Shown in pieces: positions 1 to 16,366 of a DNA stretch of 64,000 bases. How positions within the stretch are numbered: the first letter of the stretch is position 1; each line of letters opens with the position of its first letter. The DNA is from the human T2T-CHM13v2.0 reference genome, Homo sapiens. Both the position numbers and the translations under genes were made by a program. The notes beneath the pieces are model-generated. The model was not told the origin of the DNA, did not search any database, and saw only the letters and a list, made by a program, of their open reading frames with translations. The DNA lies in the NCBI RefSeq assembly GCF_009914755.1, contig NC_060941.1; one strand, 5' to 3'.

Positions 1-188
1 CGCTCTGCGAGCAGCACCCGTGGGGAGCTCAGTGACCTTCTCGCTCCCATCATCCCTTGGGCCACAGTTTCTAAAGCAGCCCCACAAACACTCACCTGAT
101 TTCGGCGTCAGACCTATGAGGCAGGTAGGGAGGGGTTCTTCCTAACATCCTCATCTTACAAATGGAAACGGAGGCACAGGGAGGGTGA

Positions 189-547
<359 letters not shown>

Positions 548-1152
548 TGAAATCTGAGTCTTTCCTACCACACCACACTGTCTTCATGCAAGATAATCTG
601 TTCTCCTTTCAAGCTTGAAATACAGAATTCAGATGTCTGCAATTGAAGGAGTTAAGTGCGCATTTGTTTAAATAACTTGAAGCTTCCAGGCATGTGGGAA
701 TTTGCATGGGCTGCTGCAGGCTGGGTGGGGGACAGGGAATCCCTTGCTGTCCCAGCTTTTTTAATTCTCACAGAGTGGATTGTTCATTCTGATCCTCTTG
801 GTGACCCACATGCTGAGCAGAGCGGTGGGTGGGTGGGCAGAGGGGAGAGGAGAGGGGGCCACCTAGGCTTGCCTTGGCAGAGGGCTTTGGTTCTACGGGT
901 GAAAACTTGGTTTTGGCAGCTTGTTTGCGCTACTCCTAGCGTGCTCAGGGGAAGTCAGGAGGTTTTGTGCATGTTCCAATGCCTGTGGGATGTAAGAAAA
1001 AGATTCTGGGTCCAACTCCAGCTCCAGGCACCCAAGGGCAAGCTCTGCCTGGAGGGAAAGTTGGGCTTATCTGCCAGGCCAGGTGAGGAGGGGCTGGAAA
1101 GCAGGAAAGAAGCTAGCTGAACTCATTCTGAGTCAAGAGGAAACAGACGTGA

Positions 1153-1480
<328 letters not shown>

Positions 1481-1989
1481 TCGCGCCTTAGAAAAATCAT
1501 TCTTTAATCCCACCTTTCCCTCTAGCCACCAGCCCATCTCCCTGCCTCCCCCCTCACCCCAACAATAGAACTTAAAATAGCTGTACCCTGGCAGTCCTCA
1601 CTCCGTCACCTCCTACTCACCCTCTGACCCACCCTGGTCTGGCTCTGCCCCCACCTCCACTGGAACTGCATCTGTCCTTGACCATGTGTCCACTGTTGCC
1701 CACCGCTGACCTCTGCTTTGCTTGGCCAAACTTTTCTCAGACTTCTCTCTTGCCTGTGGGCCTCTAAACTCTGCTCTCCCCCAAGCCTGGGCATGCACAA
1801 GAAAGTAGAAATCACCCCGCACCAACCAACCTCTCCTGGGAATTATTGACCAGAGTGGACATTTCCCAGACCCACTGGGCATGAGCTCTTGTGTGTCCAG
1901 CTTCCCCTCGGAATATTCTGCCTCTCTCTGCTTGCTCCTGCTTTGCTCAGTGAAAGATACCCTTCTGTTTGATCATGAGGCACTTGCAG

Positions 1990-3233
1990 ATTTCTGAGCT
2001 CAGAGTGTCCTCCCTATTGCAACAGTCTTCCTTTCTATTTGGCATCATGATCAGCAAGTCACACCCATATTTTCAAATCCAGTGGCCACTTCGGTGCACA
2101 CCTAACTCCTCCTCTCAATGGCATTTAGCGCGTTTCTGTCCTACTGAAAACACTTTCCTCCTCACCTGCCATCACCCTGTCCTCTGGCCTTTCTCCTGCC
2201 ACGTTCGTCTCCTTGCTTTTCCCCTTCCAAAGTTTGACTCTTTGCACCTTGTCCTGGGCCCTCTCTGCTTTCTCTCTGCAGGGGGTCCCATCCCTCCCCA
2301 TTGTCTTGATGGGCATCTGTATGTTGACGGCCCTCTAAGGACGTTGTCACCCTTCTGAGCTCCCAATTCACGTACCTGAGGTCGGCCTGATGTTTCCACT
2401 TGCTTATCTAATGGACACACCCAACCCGAAAGGAACTCTTCACTTGTAACCTTAAACTGGTTATTCTCCAGGATGATGGATTCACACCTGCCTCGGCCAT
2501 GCACCCCATCACAAAACCAGAAGCCTAGGAGTGCTCCTGTCATCTTGATTTTTCTCTCACATCAGTGATTCCAAAATAAGGACTTAACCTGTGTGCTTCT
2601 CTTCTTCTCGCTGTCCCCACCCACCAGAGTCTCCCACCTGGACTGTTACCATTGCCTCCTAACTGACCTTCCTACTTGCATGCCTGTCATCATCTGCCCA
2701 TTTTCAACATGCCTTCCAGAAGACAAAATCTATACTTATCAGCTGAAGTTTGCATAAAATGCTCCAGTGCCTTCCACTTGCACCCAGGATTCAATCCAAA
2801 GCCCCTCCCAGGGCTGCCCAGGCTGTTTCCCCAACCTCCTTAGGGCCATCTCCTCCTGGCTCCTACCCTCCTTGGCCCACTGCTGCCCCCGGATCACACC
2901 CAGCTCCTCCCAGGACCTCAGCCCTGGCTGCTCCAGACCTTCCACTTGGTCCCTTGCCTTCTGTCAGTTCCCAAAGGTCATCTTCCCAGAGAGACCCTCC
3001 CTGACCCTGGGTAAACTGCGTCTCCCTATGCTGCTCCAGCCAGCACCCTGTTGACTCCCCTCACAATGCTAACAAGCATCTGCATTCCATTTGCATTTGT
3101 GGTTGTTTGCTTGTTTGTTCTGTCTCCCCCACTAGACATTCCAGGAAGGTGAGGCCATGCCTTGCCAGTACCTACTTAACATTCAATGAATGAATGAATG
3201 AATGAATGAATGAATGAACGAACGAACGAACGA
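1990..3233 (+). mobile_element. L2 LINE 3' region (degraded)
   Basis: Pyrimidine-rich L2-like blocks ending in the TCTGTCTCCCCCACTAGA 3' motif and a (TGAA)n tail. Confidence 0.7.
3185..3233. repeat. (AATG)n-(AACG)n tetranucleotide microsatellite
   Basis: Seen directly; forms the L2 tail. Confidence 0.95.
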
Positions 3234-6124
3234 GTGAACTCAGGGTGGTGCTTCACCTGCTGGTTTACACGCCTGTCTCTGCCCACCCACCCTGGTAGAG
3301 TCTCTTAAGGGAGGGACCCCCTCTGACTACCTCTGTTCTTAGTGGGCCTGAAGAACAGAGGCCACCGGAGAGTGAAGTCAGGGTATTAATGAGACAGGAC
3401 AAGCGGCTCCTGCAGCAGGCCTTGTCATGCACGAAGGACAACAGGGCAGGGGTCCTCATCCACAGCTTCAAGCCTCCTGGCCACGTGCAGACCCCTCTCT
3501 CAGGAGCTGGGATGGCTGCAGACCACAGCATCTCTCAGCCACCCCTGTGCCTAACGCCCATTGGCAACTGCAGCACAGGGCTTAGCAAGAGGCAGGAGTG
3601 CTGCCTTGCCTGGAGAAGCCCCCATTCTGGGCACCTGGGCACTCCAACGGGACATGCAGGCCAGAGGCCAGCTGGCGGGCCTCACTGGCCCTGGGCCACA
3701 AGGCCAGCCTTTTATAAAATGTGAGACACAGCTCTGGGCCAGCACTGGAGCCCTTCTGGCTCAGGGGACAAATCCCAGCTGTCACCCTCTGCAGAGCAGT
3801 GCCCTGGAACAAGCCTGTTGGGGAATCCCTCGCCTAGACTGCAACGGTAGCAAAACACTAGCACCCACCACATCAGCCAAGGCTCCAGGGTCATCCAAGC
3901 TGTGCAATTTAACAGACAGAAGGTGACTTTGATTGAGAACCAGCTGTGTATAGTGCCTGATCCTGTGCTGGGGGTATGGGAGTCCAGAGACAAAATAATA
4001 ATAACCCCTTCTGCTTTTAAAGGACCAAAGACTCAACCTCTAGGCTACGCTTCCCCTTCACACCAAGTGGAATCGAATGAGCTCAGGATGAACGGGAGAG
4101 ATGAAGCTGGGATTTGTAGAGGGCTGAAATGGACCGGAGGGTGGGTCATTGTTAAAGCTCTGCCGGGACCTATCAGGCCTCTTTATGCACAGCGCATCCT
4201 CCCCAGCTCCTTTCTCTGTGCTTTTTTCTTCAATCACCTGCACCTGTGACTCTTGAGACCCGCTCTCTGGCTACTGAAGCCACAGCCCTGCCCGCATAGG
4301 AAGAGACAGTGCCCAAAAATTTCTGGCACTTGTCAGGGCAGCCCATAGCCAATCCCTGGTGCAGGAATAAGAATGCCCAACTGTGGAGCAAGGGCAAACT
4401 GTGCATAATTTATGCGCCAGAGATCCTCACAGGATCAGCCCAAGAAGCCGGGAGTTCACTTGGGATCTGACTCTTGCCCGGCTTCTTCCCTCCCTGTCCC
4501 ACCTCCCCGACACCCAGTTAATTCTATACTGGACTTTCTTCCTTTCCATTCATTGATTTCACAACTCAGTCCAGGATCAACAATTCAGTCCTCGTGAATG
4601 CTCTCCCCAACCCTCCCAACAGGTCCCAGCCTCTCCTGGCCCACCCCACAGGAAAAGGAGAGGATCCACTGCTATGGCTGAGCAATCAGCGGTTGGTAGT
4701 AGGGGGAGGTTCCCCACCTGGACTTGGTCCCCTCTGCTGGCAGCCACTGCTGATAGAGTGGCTGTTGTCACTTGTCACCTGCTGCTGCAGCCCAGGCAGG
4801 GCACAAGACTGCTCTGAGGAGGAAGAGCCATGATTTCCTCATTGACTCAGACCCTACCTCAGTTCTTACCACCATGTCTGACTCCTCAGTAGGGTAGCCA
4901 AGCCTCATGACCACCTCTTGGTGGGGAAGCACTGTGCTGTGTCTCTCTGATCCAGCATCTCCATGCCCCAGGCCATGGGGATGCCAACAAGCCTGTGACT
5001 GTTCACTGTCAGAAACCCCAGCTCCTGAAACCCAGGGCTGCAGCAATGTTAGGAAGGAACACTTTCTGCTGCCACTCAAGAATGGGGTGGGCCCATGGGC
5101 ATTTGTGCTGTCTGCTGAGCCCTTCACTGTCAGCCCTGCTGCCTCCCAGTGCCGTGGCCAAAGAGCGTCGATGAGGTGCTGTTCTTGCAAAGGACCCTTT
5201 CAACAATAAACTGGAATATGGCATCTGCACCAGGCCAATGGCTCAGAGTCACAGATTACATTTATTTCTAGAAATAGAGACAATTCCTCTGTTGGACATC
5301 TAAGCGTGTGACAACACAAGTAGTACGCATTCCGGAAGAACTTGGGGAATGATCTATTTAATGTCAATTTCCCCTACTGGACCATTAACCTCACAAGGAT
5401 AGAGACACTGTCAATCCTATTCACCCCTCCATCCCTGTTATAGAGGGCAGGAGACATAGATAGCAGGATAGATATCTCTGTGATAGATAGCAGGAGTTGC
5501 CTACATGTTTACTTAATGAGTAAATGGACAACCACTGGAGGAGGGATGGGAGGGGGCTTATGCATCAAACTAGATAGGCTTGAAGGTCCCTCAAGGCTTG
5601 AAGGCCACATGATGCTCAGTCAGAGCTGGGCATCCCCTGGAGGGAGAGGCCTTGCAGAAGACACCATCTAACCCACAGAGGTGAGGATCAGGAGCAGTGT
5701 AGACATTCTTCTGCCCTATTTTCTCCTTTTTGATTAGCAATGAAAATGTTGACCTTACTGGGCAAAACTCCTCAAGGGTCAGACCCAGAAGAAACTTTGG
5801 AGAGTTGATACTCTCACCAATTGTGCTGATGGGAGGACTGAGACCCTGAGACCAAGAGGGCAGAGACTCTTCCAAAGGCAATCAGGGTGTCAGTGACAGA
5901 GTCAGGACTAGGTCTCATGTTTCCTGCCCCCAGCCCGGCTGACGCTCCTTCCAGGATTCCATTCTCCCTGGACACATTTGCAGATGAGAGCACAGAGGTG
6001 CCAAGGTCAGGTGGCGAAGCTGCAGGCAGAGACGACTCCTGCCTCTCCAGGGGACAGCCTCAGAAGGGTTGAGTTCCAGGCTTCCTTGTCTCCCCCGAGC
6101 CCCCATCCCTGCTTTGTTCGTGCC

Positions 6125-6245
6125 ATTAGCCATTCTAATTAATGAGCAAACATTCTTTGCAAAACAATGTTTAAACACCTTAGCATTAATTTAATCAAAT
6201 ATTTAATTGCCCTGTAATTAATCATCTAAGCTTAATGAATTGAGC
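6125..6245. promoter_or_regulatory. Candidate enhancer (homeodomain/SOX/FOX motif cluster)
   Basis: AT-rich non-repeat island with two TAATTA, several further TAAT/ATTA cores, AACAAT and TGTTTAAAC. Confidence 0.4.
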
Positions 6246-7074
6246 CTCCATCTCTGGGAGTTGGGTTTGTCCCAGTGACTTCTGAAAATAAGTCTGTGAT
6301 GGGGCCTCTTGGAACCAGACTTCCTGCTCCCATTTGGAGCTGCTGGGTGATGGGGTCCACCCCTTCATAGCCTGTAGGAGGTCTCCTGCTCTCTGTCCCC
6401 AGCGAACAGCCTGAGATCAGCTCTCGGGGGCTGAGGAGCCAAAACACTCACTGGGAGAGGCTTGTTGGTTAAGAGTCAGAGCCTGGGGCCAAGTCTCTCC
6501 AGAGCGGGGAAGGCTGAATAAGCTGGGCAGCTGCAAGACAGGTCTCACTGTCCTAGCTGTGTGCCCTCGGGCAAATCACACCCCCTCTGCAAGTCTCAGC
6601 ATCTTCCTCTGTGAAATGCCAGTCTCCCTGGGCTCTGGAGAGATTCAAAAAAGATCTCCAAAGGGGGTAAAGAGGCTTTGTAGACTGTAAAGTTCTATGC
6701 ACCAGTGAGGAGGTGCTTGAACCCCCCTCTCCACTGTCTTCAGAGTCCTGGAAGCATGGAGCCCAGGAGGCAGTTTGAGAGATGACCCTGCCCAGAAGGC
6801 TCAGCCCACTGCCTGTCACAGTGCAGGCTGGCAGTGGCCCACCATCAGCAGAGCATCTGAGGAGCTGAAGGTTGACCCCTTGCCCATGCTGGGGCATGGA
6901 AAATCCCAGTCAAGCTGGCAGGAGCCTCAGAGCCCCAGCAATGGGGTCCCTGTGCACCTACTTCTTAGCCCTGCCCTTCCCCTAGGATGCTGGAAGGAAG
7001 GCCAGGGCATCCATGAGCTGCTGCAGATGCTTCCCAAGAAACCAGGACAGATGAGGTCCCCCGAGGATAGAGAT

Positions 7075-7325
7075 CTAATAATAGCTAATACTTAGTGAGC
7101 ACTTCTGATGTGCCAGGCCCTGCCCCAAGACCTTACATGAGGTCGCTCATTAAGTCCATACAATAAGCCCTGTCATTGGGTAGGGTCAGCCTAGATTGTT
7201 GTCCTCATTATTACCCACCTATCTTACAAATGAAGAAGTGGAGGATCCGAGGACTAGGCAACGTGCTCAAAGTCTCAGAGCAAGTAAGAGATGAAGCCAG
7301 CGTCTGAACTAAAGCAGTCTGGCTG
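7075..7325 (-). mobile_element. MIR
   Basis: MIR pattern ATAGCTAATACTTAGTGAGCAC...TGTGCCAGGC...ACAAATGAAGAAGTGGAGG. Confidence 0.75.
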
Positions 7326-7488
7326 CAGGAGTATGTTGTAAACCCTGTGCATCCCATCTCTTGGAGGAGATGGAGGCTCTGATGGGGCTGGAGCAGGTCA
7401 GCCATTGGCTGAAGGGCCACATGCACAGAACAGACAGATGAGCAGCACTCCTCTGACAGGGCCTCTGCCGCCTGCAGTGGGAGGATGA

Positions 7489-7902
<414 letters not shown>

Positions 7903-8694
7903 CCAGAGGGCAGATTCTTAACTTCCCACTGTTGCCTTCTTCTGACCTAGACTTTGTCTTCTTCTGAAGGCACCTAGACTTTCTGGAGTGGCATCTGTTA
8001 GAAGGAAATTAGCCCATAGACAGACACAACCTCTGACCTAACATCTGAGCCTTCAGCTACACTCCAAGCAGAGGATTGATTAACTCCAGCCTGACTTAGG
8101 AGCTGCCAGGGCGCATGCTTCCCCTGGAGTTATTTATGCCACCCCATTAGCTCAGGAAAGGCAGGATTCATAGAGCCATCGTGGCCTAGGAACTCAGCAA
8201 GATTAATATAACTGGGACTGAAATACACATGAGGCCAGTGCCACCTCCATTTAATTAGGAATGAAGGGAAGGAAGGGGAGTGCCAGGGTCTGGGTTAGAG
8301 GGGACAGACCTCCTATCACATGGGTCCCGCATTTATTCCGTGCTCTCCATCCACACGGCCCGTCCCCCCATCTAGTTCACATTATCTCAGTAAGTCCTTG
8401 CCTCAGCTCCTTTCCCTGGGCTCCCAGCCTCTGGGCTCACCCAACCCTGACACCCTCTATGAAGTTTCAGGACTTGGGGCAGAGCAACAGAGGCTCATTG
8501 AGCCAATGGATGAATGCAGAGATGGAGCCACCCTTTCCTTTTTCAACAGCTCTTTGAAAACTCCTTTCTAATAAATGCCTTCACAGCAGAGCAATACGAG
8601 CCTGGTGGTGTGCTCCAACTTTGCCAGATCTCTGCATCAGCTCAGGGCACGGGATATGAGCTGCTTGTGCTGCTCCTTTCCAAGTCAAAGGTTT

Positions 8695-9130
8695 GCATTA
8701 GTTTGCTGGGGCTTCTGCGTCAAAGCACCACAGCGCATGGCTTAAACAACATGCATTTATCTCACAGTTCTGGAGGCTAGAAGTCTCCAGTCTAGGTGTC
8801 ATCTGGGTTGGTCCCGTCTGAGGGCTATGAAGGATGGGTCTGTTCCAGGCCTCTCTCCTTAACATGTAGGTAGACACCAGTCATACCAGATTAGGGCTCA
8901 CCCTAATAATCTCATTTTAACTTGATAACATTTATAAAGACCCTATCTCCAAATAAAGTCACATTCTGAGGTACTAGTGGTTAGGGTTCCAACACATATA
9001 CATATATAAACACACACACACACGCACATACACACACACACATACATATATACACACACATATACATATATGTACACACACACATATACATACACATACA
9101 CATACACATATATATTTGTGGCACAATAGG
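8695..9130 (-). mobile_element. MLT1-family MaLR LTR interrupted by a CA/TA microsatellite
   Basis: GGCTTAAACAAC...TCTCACAGTTCTGGAGGCTAGAAGTC...CCCTATCTCCAAATAAAGTCACATTCTGAGGTAC. Confidence 0.85.
8992..9115. repeat. Compound (CA)n/(TA)n microsatellite
   Basis: Seen directly. Confidence 0.95.
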
Positions 9131-9439
9131 CTTTAAATTCCATTCTGGTTGTGTTCCTTGTCTGCATAGCTCCTTCCAGAAGCACTCGGGCAGGAGGGGT
9201 GGGTGTCAGGGCAGGATCAAGCTTCCTGTTCCCCAGCCGTAATGCATCAAAAATGGCACCACAGCCTCAACTCCCCTCCAGACAAGCCAGGAACAAGGAG
9301 CTTTGGATGCAGGAACTTTCAGCCAACTGACCTTCTGATTCTCCATGGCAAGTGTCACCTCGCACCAGCCTCCCCCTCTTTCGACCAAAAGGCTGGACTC
9401 TAAATCCTCTAGACTTTTTATTCCCACGCTGGAATTCAC

Positions 9440-9640
9440 GAACTCATTCATTTGTTCACTTATTCAACAACGCTTTACTGAGCAAGCGCTCCATAACAGG
9501 TCCAGTGTGCTACCCCAGGACACAACAGTGAACAAGGTGTAGCCTCTGCCTTCAAGGGGCTCCCAGCCTTGCTGTGGACCCAAACAGGAAAATGGACAAT
9601 TCCGACATGATAAGGCCTAAGACGGGGAAGCAGAAGGTGA
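9440..9640 (-). mobile_element. L2 3' end
   Basis: CATTCATTTGTTCACTTATTCAACAA...TTTACTGAGC antisense L2 tail. Confidence 0.75.
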
Positions 9641-9690
9641 TGCTTTCAGATGCTCCAGACCAGACCCTGGAAAAACCCTAATCTTTAAAC

Positions 9691-9930
9691 CAGGGATAAG
9701 CAAACTATGGCCTGCCTGTCTGTCTTCGTTTACAAAGACAGCCTACTTCCCGTCTTTGTAAATAAAGTTTTATTGACACAGAGCCACACCCACCCATCAT
9801 TTACATTTTGACTATGGCTTCTTTTTGCATGACAAGGACAAAGATGAGTATTTGTGACAGAGATTGCATAGCCTGCAAACCTAAATTATTTACTGTCTGA
9901 CCTGTTACAGAAAAGGTGTGCCTGCCCTTG
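9691..9930 (+). mobile_element. MER58A-like hAT-Charlie DNA transposon
   Basis: CAGGG...CCTTG termini, GTAAATAAAGTTTTATTG core, 8-bp TSD CTTTAAAC/ATGTAAAC. Confidence 0.85.
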
Positions 9931-10540
9931 ATGTAAACCATGAGAACTGCAAAGCTGTAGTTGCCTCCAAGGATTTTATGTCGTGATCGTGACCAAAGAT
10001 GCCCAGGGGACCATCCAGTGGGGAGATGTGAAGTATGTCCTGGCCGGGTTCTGGTCTGGTTTTTGTTGCTGGGTGAGTTTTGGTAAGCAGCTTTTTCTCT
10101 CTGAGCCTCAGTTTCCCTATCTGAAAGGGGAAACAAGTGGAGTAAGTGATTTTATAATTCCCATCAGCTGGGAGCCACTGGGTTTGGGTTTAAGCAGTTC
10201 TTTATCCTGTCGGAGGCTCTGTGACCCTACAAAAGCTCTGTGACCCCCGCAGGTGAGCTTTGTGGTCTCAGAGAGGCCTTGTGATTACTCTAGCGAGCCC
10301 AGAGAAGGAGGCCATGAGAATTATTAGGGCAACCGAGGCCCGGGCATGCCAAATTATTTCCCCTGGTGATGCCCTTTTGCACAGAATTTAGCACTGGAAA
10401 TGAAGACCATATGTGCCCAGCAACAAAACATCCCAATGAAAAATGGAAAACGAAGGCGCTGCTTTGTCTATTAAATGCCAAACATCCAGGACTTTCCGCA
10501 TAAGCAGATGCTGATCACCACCCTGTAGGAGAGCGGCTCA

Positions 10541-10924
<384 letters not shown>

Positions 10925-11739
10925 TCAGGAGACTGTTCTTCCAGAAGGCTCTGCCACGAGTAGCCAGAGGTCACCTCAGTCAAGTCATCACCCTCTTTGT
11001 ATCACAGTGTTCTCACCTTCAATGAGGATGATGATAACCTCCACTTGGGGGCATTGGGAAGACTAAATGAGATGATGGGTAAAAACATAGTCTGCAACAT
11101 GTAGAACATTCCCTAAAATATTATTACTAGCTTGTCTTCACGTTTGCACAGAAATTCATCATTTGTACAGTTTTCACACAGACCAACTCATTTGACAAGA
11201 AAGCAGAACCCAGAGAATTTTAATGACTTACCCCAGGACACACAGATAATAAATGGTCGAGTTGGGACTCAAATCCAGAGCTTCTGATCCCACTTTCAAA
11301 GCTCTTTCCCCCTCAGCATGCTGCTCTTTCCTCTTGTTAATCTTGTTCACATGTCCCCATTGTCCCTCAGTGACTTGTTACAGCTGGTGCTCATTAAATG
11401 TGTGCAGATGGAGAAATCAGTTATAGTTTTTAGTTCTTCCTGCTGCTCCCTGTGGAGAGGTCATCCTCCCTCTGCCTCCCTCCCCAGAGCCATCGCATCC
11501 TGAATTCCACCTTTCGGGCCCTTTGGCCTTCTGAACTTCCCTTGTCATCCACCGTGAGGCCTTCCACTGTAGCTTCCTGGCAAGAATGAGCACTGCCTGA
11601 ACTGGGAGGTGGCAAGGCAAGGGGCGAATCACAGAGATTATGTTCCTGGGAGGCTGCACTGCCCCATACACACAGGTGGCAAACATTTAAAGGAAGACTT
11701 TAACTATATGGTGAAGGAGCCCTATAGTTATGGTTGTGA

Positions 11740-12081
<342 letters not shown>

Positions 12082-12677
12082 CCTCCTCTTCCTTTCTAGC
12101 CCTGGGCTCCAAACTTTTGCCCTCACAGATGCTCCTTCTAGACTGGCCAAGTGTAGGTATTTCCCGGGGTGGAAGGGAGGGGGCAGAAAGAAGAGTAACG
12201 GGACCACCCGGACGCCATGGACAGAGAACCCACGGAGCCGGTGGTATCCATGATGTGGAGTCCAGGGACGCCCTGGGCAAAGCAAGCCCTGAGGAATGAA
12301 GCTGCTCTCCCTGTGTGGGGCTCCTGCAGCGGGTAGAGCATCACTGGGAGGTGCAAATGCTCAGAAATAGAAGAAAACTGTGGGGCCTCGGAGCAAGAGC
12401 TCCCTTGTTCTTTCTGCCAGTCTTTTTGTCCCTGAGCTCTAGAGATTCAGAGACGAGTAAGACCACGTCTCAAAATCGAGTGGGAAGGCAGAGACGAAAG
12501 CTAAACTTATCATTTACAAGGTAGAGAAATAAAGAACCACATCATGGCCAGATGAGAACAAAGCCTGAGGGAGAATAAAACCACTTTGGGCATGCGAAGC
12601 CTTGGAAACAGGAGCTCCTGGGCACCCTCTCCAAACAAGTTACTTCAAGACATATGTCGGTAAAATGAGGAAAACAT

Positions 12678-12745
12678 CAAAAAAATAAAAAGAAAGAAAG
12701 AAAGAAAAAGAAATAAAGAAAGAAAGAGAAAGAAAGAAAGAGGAA
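12678..12745. repeat. (GAAA)n A-rich repeat
   Basis: Seen directly. Confidence 0.9.
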
Positions 12746-13018
12746 GATATAGAATAAACAAACTGGTATAAAAAATCCAGGGGTCAAATGAGAAAAAAAT
12801 ACTTCAGACTTGTGTACCATATCTAGACAGCAGTCAGTTTGTAGAGCCAGAACCTATGAGTTCCAAGGGGGAAAAAAAATAAATCAAGGAGAGAGAAGGC
12901 ATTCTAAGCAATGTTTGTAACATAAACAACAAAGAATTTTGACATCTGTAATAAGCAAAGAACTCCCATACATCAATAAGGAAAAGAGAACTAGGCAGGG
13001 GTTATAAAAGGCAATCTC

Positions 13019-14030
<1,012 letters not shown>

Positions 14031-14589
14031 AGAAATCTACCCGCAGCACAGGGAACTACAAATGGTCAATGGCACAGGACACATTGTTCAATCTCTTTAG
14101 TAAGCAGAGAGATACACCCTAAAGCAATGACAAGGGTCCACTACCCACCTATTAGTTTTCAAATGTTGTAACATAAAGTGCTGGTCAGGGCGTGGAGAGA
14201 CGGCCACTTCTCTCCTCACTTGCGGTGGGAGTATATACATGGGTACAGGCTTTTTGAAGGACTATCTGTCAGTATCTGATGAAAGTTTAAACAGCTTGGC
14301 TCTGTTTAAAGGGAGAGAGGAGGACAAGGATTGTTCCCCTCACCTTCCAATCTCCTGCCTGTGCCCCACTTTGGTGGACACCAGTTGCAATGGAGCCGGG
14401 AAACCCAGTGGACCAGGCTCGGCCTCCCTGGCAGCCTTCCCTGCCAGGAAGAAGGGAGCAAGGGCAGGGAACAGATGTGACAATAAACCCACACAGGACC
14501 AGCTCAGCTGTGTTCCTTTGTTTGTGGTTTTTACACACACCATTCATGTTACCTGTAGAGCGTAGTCTGGTGTGTGATTAGACCACAGT

Positions 14590-15199
14590 TGGTGGGGATG
14601 TAAATTAGTTCGGCCTCTGTTGAAAGCAGTTTGGAGATGTCTCAAGTAACTTAAAACAGAACTACCATTTGACCCAGCAATCCCATGACTGGGTGTATAT
14701 CCAAAAGAAAATAAATCATTCTACCAAAAAGACACGTGCACTCGTATGTTCATTGCAATGCTATTCACAATAGCAAAGACATGGAATCAATCCAGGTGCC
14801 CAACCACAGTGGGTTAAACTTTGAAAATGTAGTGCATATCCACCATGGAATACTACACAGCCATAAAAAAGAATAAAATCATGTCCTTTGGAGCAACGTG
14901 GATGCAGCTGGAGGCCATTATCCTAAGCCAGTTAATGCAGAAACAGAGAGCCAAATACTGCCCATTCTCACTATTAGTAGGAGCTAAACATTTGGTACCC
15001 GCAGACACAAAGATGGGAACAATAAATGCTGGGGTAGGTAGGGAGGAGGACAAGGGTTGAAAAACTATCAGACACTATGTTCGTTACTTGGGTGATGGGA
15101 TCCTTGGAAGCCCAAACCTCAGCATCACACAATATACCCATGTAACAAGCCTACACATGTACACCCTGAATCTAAATATTTTTGAAATTAAAAAAAAAT
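14590..15199 (+). mobile_element. L1 3' end (old L1PA/L1PB-type), 5'-truncated
   Basis: ORF2 C-terminus-like MEYYTAIKKNKIMSF, L1 3'UTR, poly-A, TSD TAGACCACAG. Confidence 0.9.
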
Positions 15200-15212
15200 A
15201 GACCACAGCCTA

Positions 15213-15730
15213 TGTATCCATTTTCCTGTTTCTGAACACCGAGACTCACCTCTAGCTTTGTGGAATTTCAAAGTGTTTTACAAAATATGACTGTACACCA
15301 TTCCCTGTGTACACAAATACAATGCTCTCTAGGACAGATGGCGTAGACATGGGATTGCTGGGTTGAGGAGATGGAAAGGTAAGGCAAAGGAAGTGCCATG
15401 GTATTGCGTTCATGCTGTCTGCCTTGGACAGAATCTGTAGAAATGGCTGATTCCCTTTGTCTGTGGCTCCACTTTCTATCAGACATCCCCTTCCACAGGC
15501 TCTGCTCCCACCAGGTGACCCTGGCTCCTGGGCTCCAGTCACACCGGCTCCTTCCTTTGTCCACAGCTCTGGGGTTGAGCGGCTCTCTCCCTTCTCTGGG
15601 CCATCTCGCCTTCCCTGTCGCCCTTTCAGCTCCTTGCACACCTTGGTAGCTTGCTCCCTGTATTAGCGTTTTCCTGTTAATATCCATCTGGCATGGATTT
15701 TGTTTTCCTGGATGAACACTGACTCATACA
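15213..15730 (+). mobile_element. ERVL LTR (LTR33-like)
   Basis: TGTA start and CCCTGTATTA...TTTCCTGGATGAACACTGACTCATACA end resembling LTR33. Confidence 0.55.
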
Positions 15731-16132
15731 TAGGCCACAGTCAGGAGTTTGGAGGGCAACCAAGTGCCAAGAATTTTATGCAGAAGAGTGTCATGATTTA
15801 GTATCTGACCTAAACCCATGATGTTGGCCATGGTGTGGAGGTTAAATTGAACAAAAGCATGGAATTCTGTGAGGAGGTTGATCTAGCAGAGGCTTGCACA
15901 AGGGTAATAGCAGGGAACAGAGACAAACAGAGGGCTTTGCAGTATTTTACAGTGATAGATGTGGGGGTGAGAGGAGGACACGAGTAAGGAATGAAGCCCA
16001 GATTTCTGGGTAGTGGCGCTGCCATTTACTGAGGTAGGAAAGGAAGGGTTTTGTTTTGTTTTGTTTTGTTTTGTTGTACATGGAGTGCTGAGAATATATG
16101 AGTTTTTCTTTACTAAACACCTTCTCTCTCTC

Positions 16133-16366
<234 letters not shown>

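Noticed and set aside
656-1120. 154-aa ORF (and 158-aa ORF at 43810-44286)
   Set aside because: No recognisable domain; the lengths are compatible with chance in a six-frame scan.
12450-12471. Outward-facing BsmBI sites GAGACG-N10-CGTCTC resembling a cloning cassette
   Set aside because: No other vector or synthetic sequence; a 6-bp inverted pair is expected by chance in 64 kb.
14845-15060. ORF resembling the L1 ORF2p C-terminus (also 29745-29933, 53809-54009, 55867-56088)
   Set aside because: Degraded, truncated L1 remnants, not host genes.
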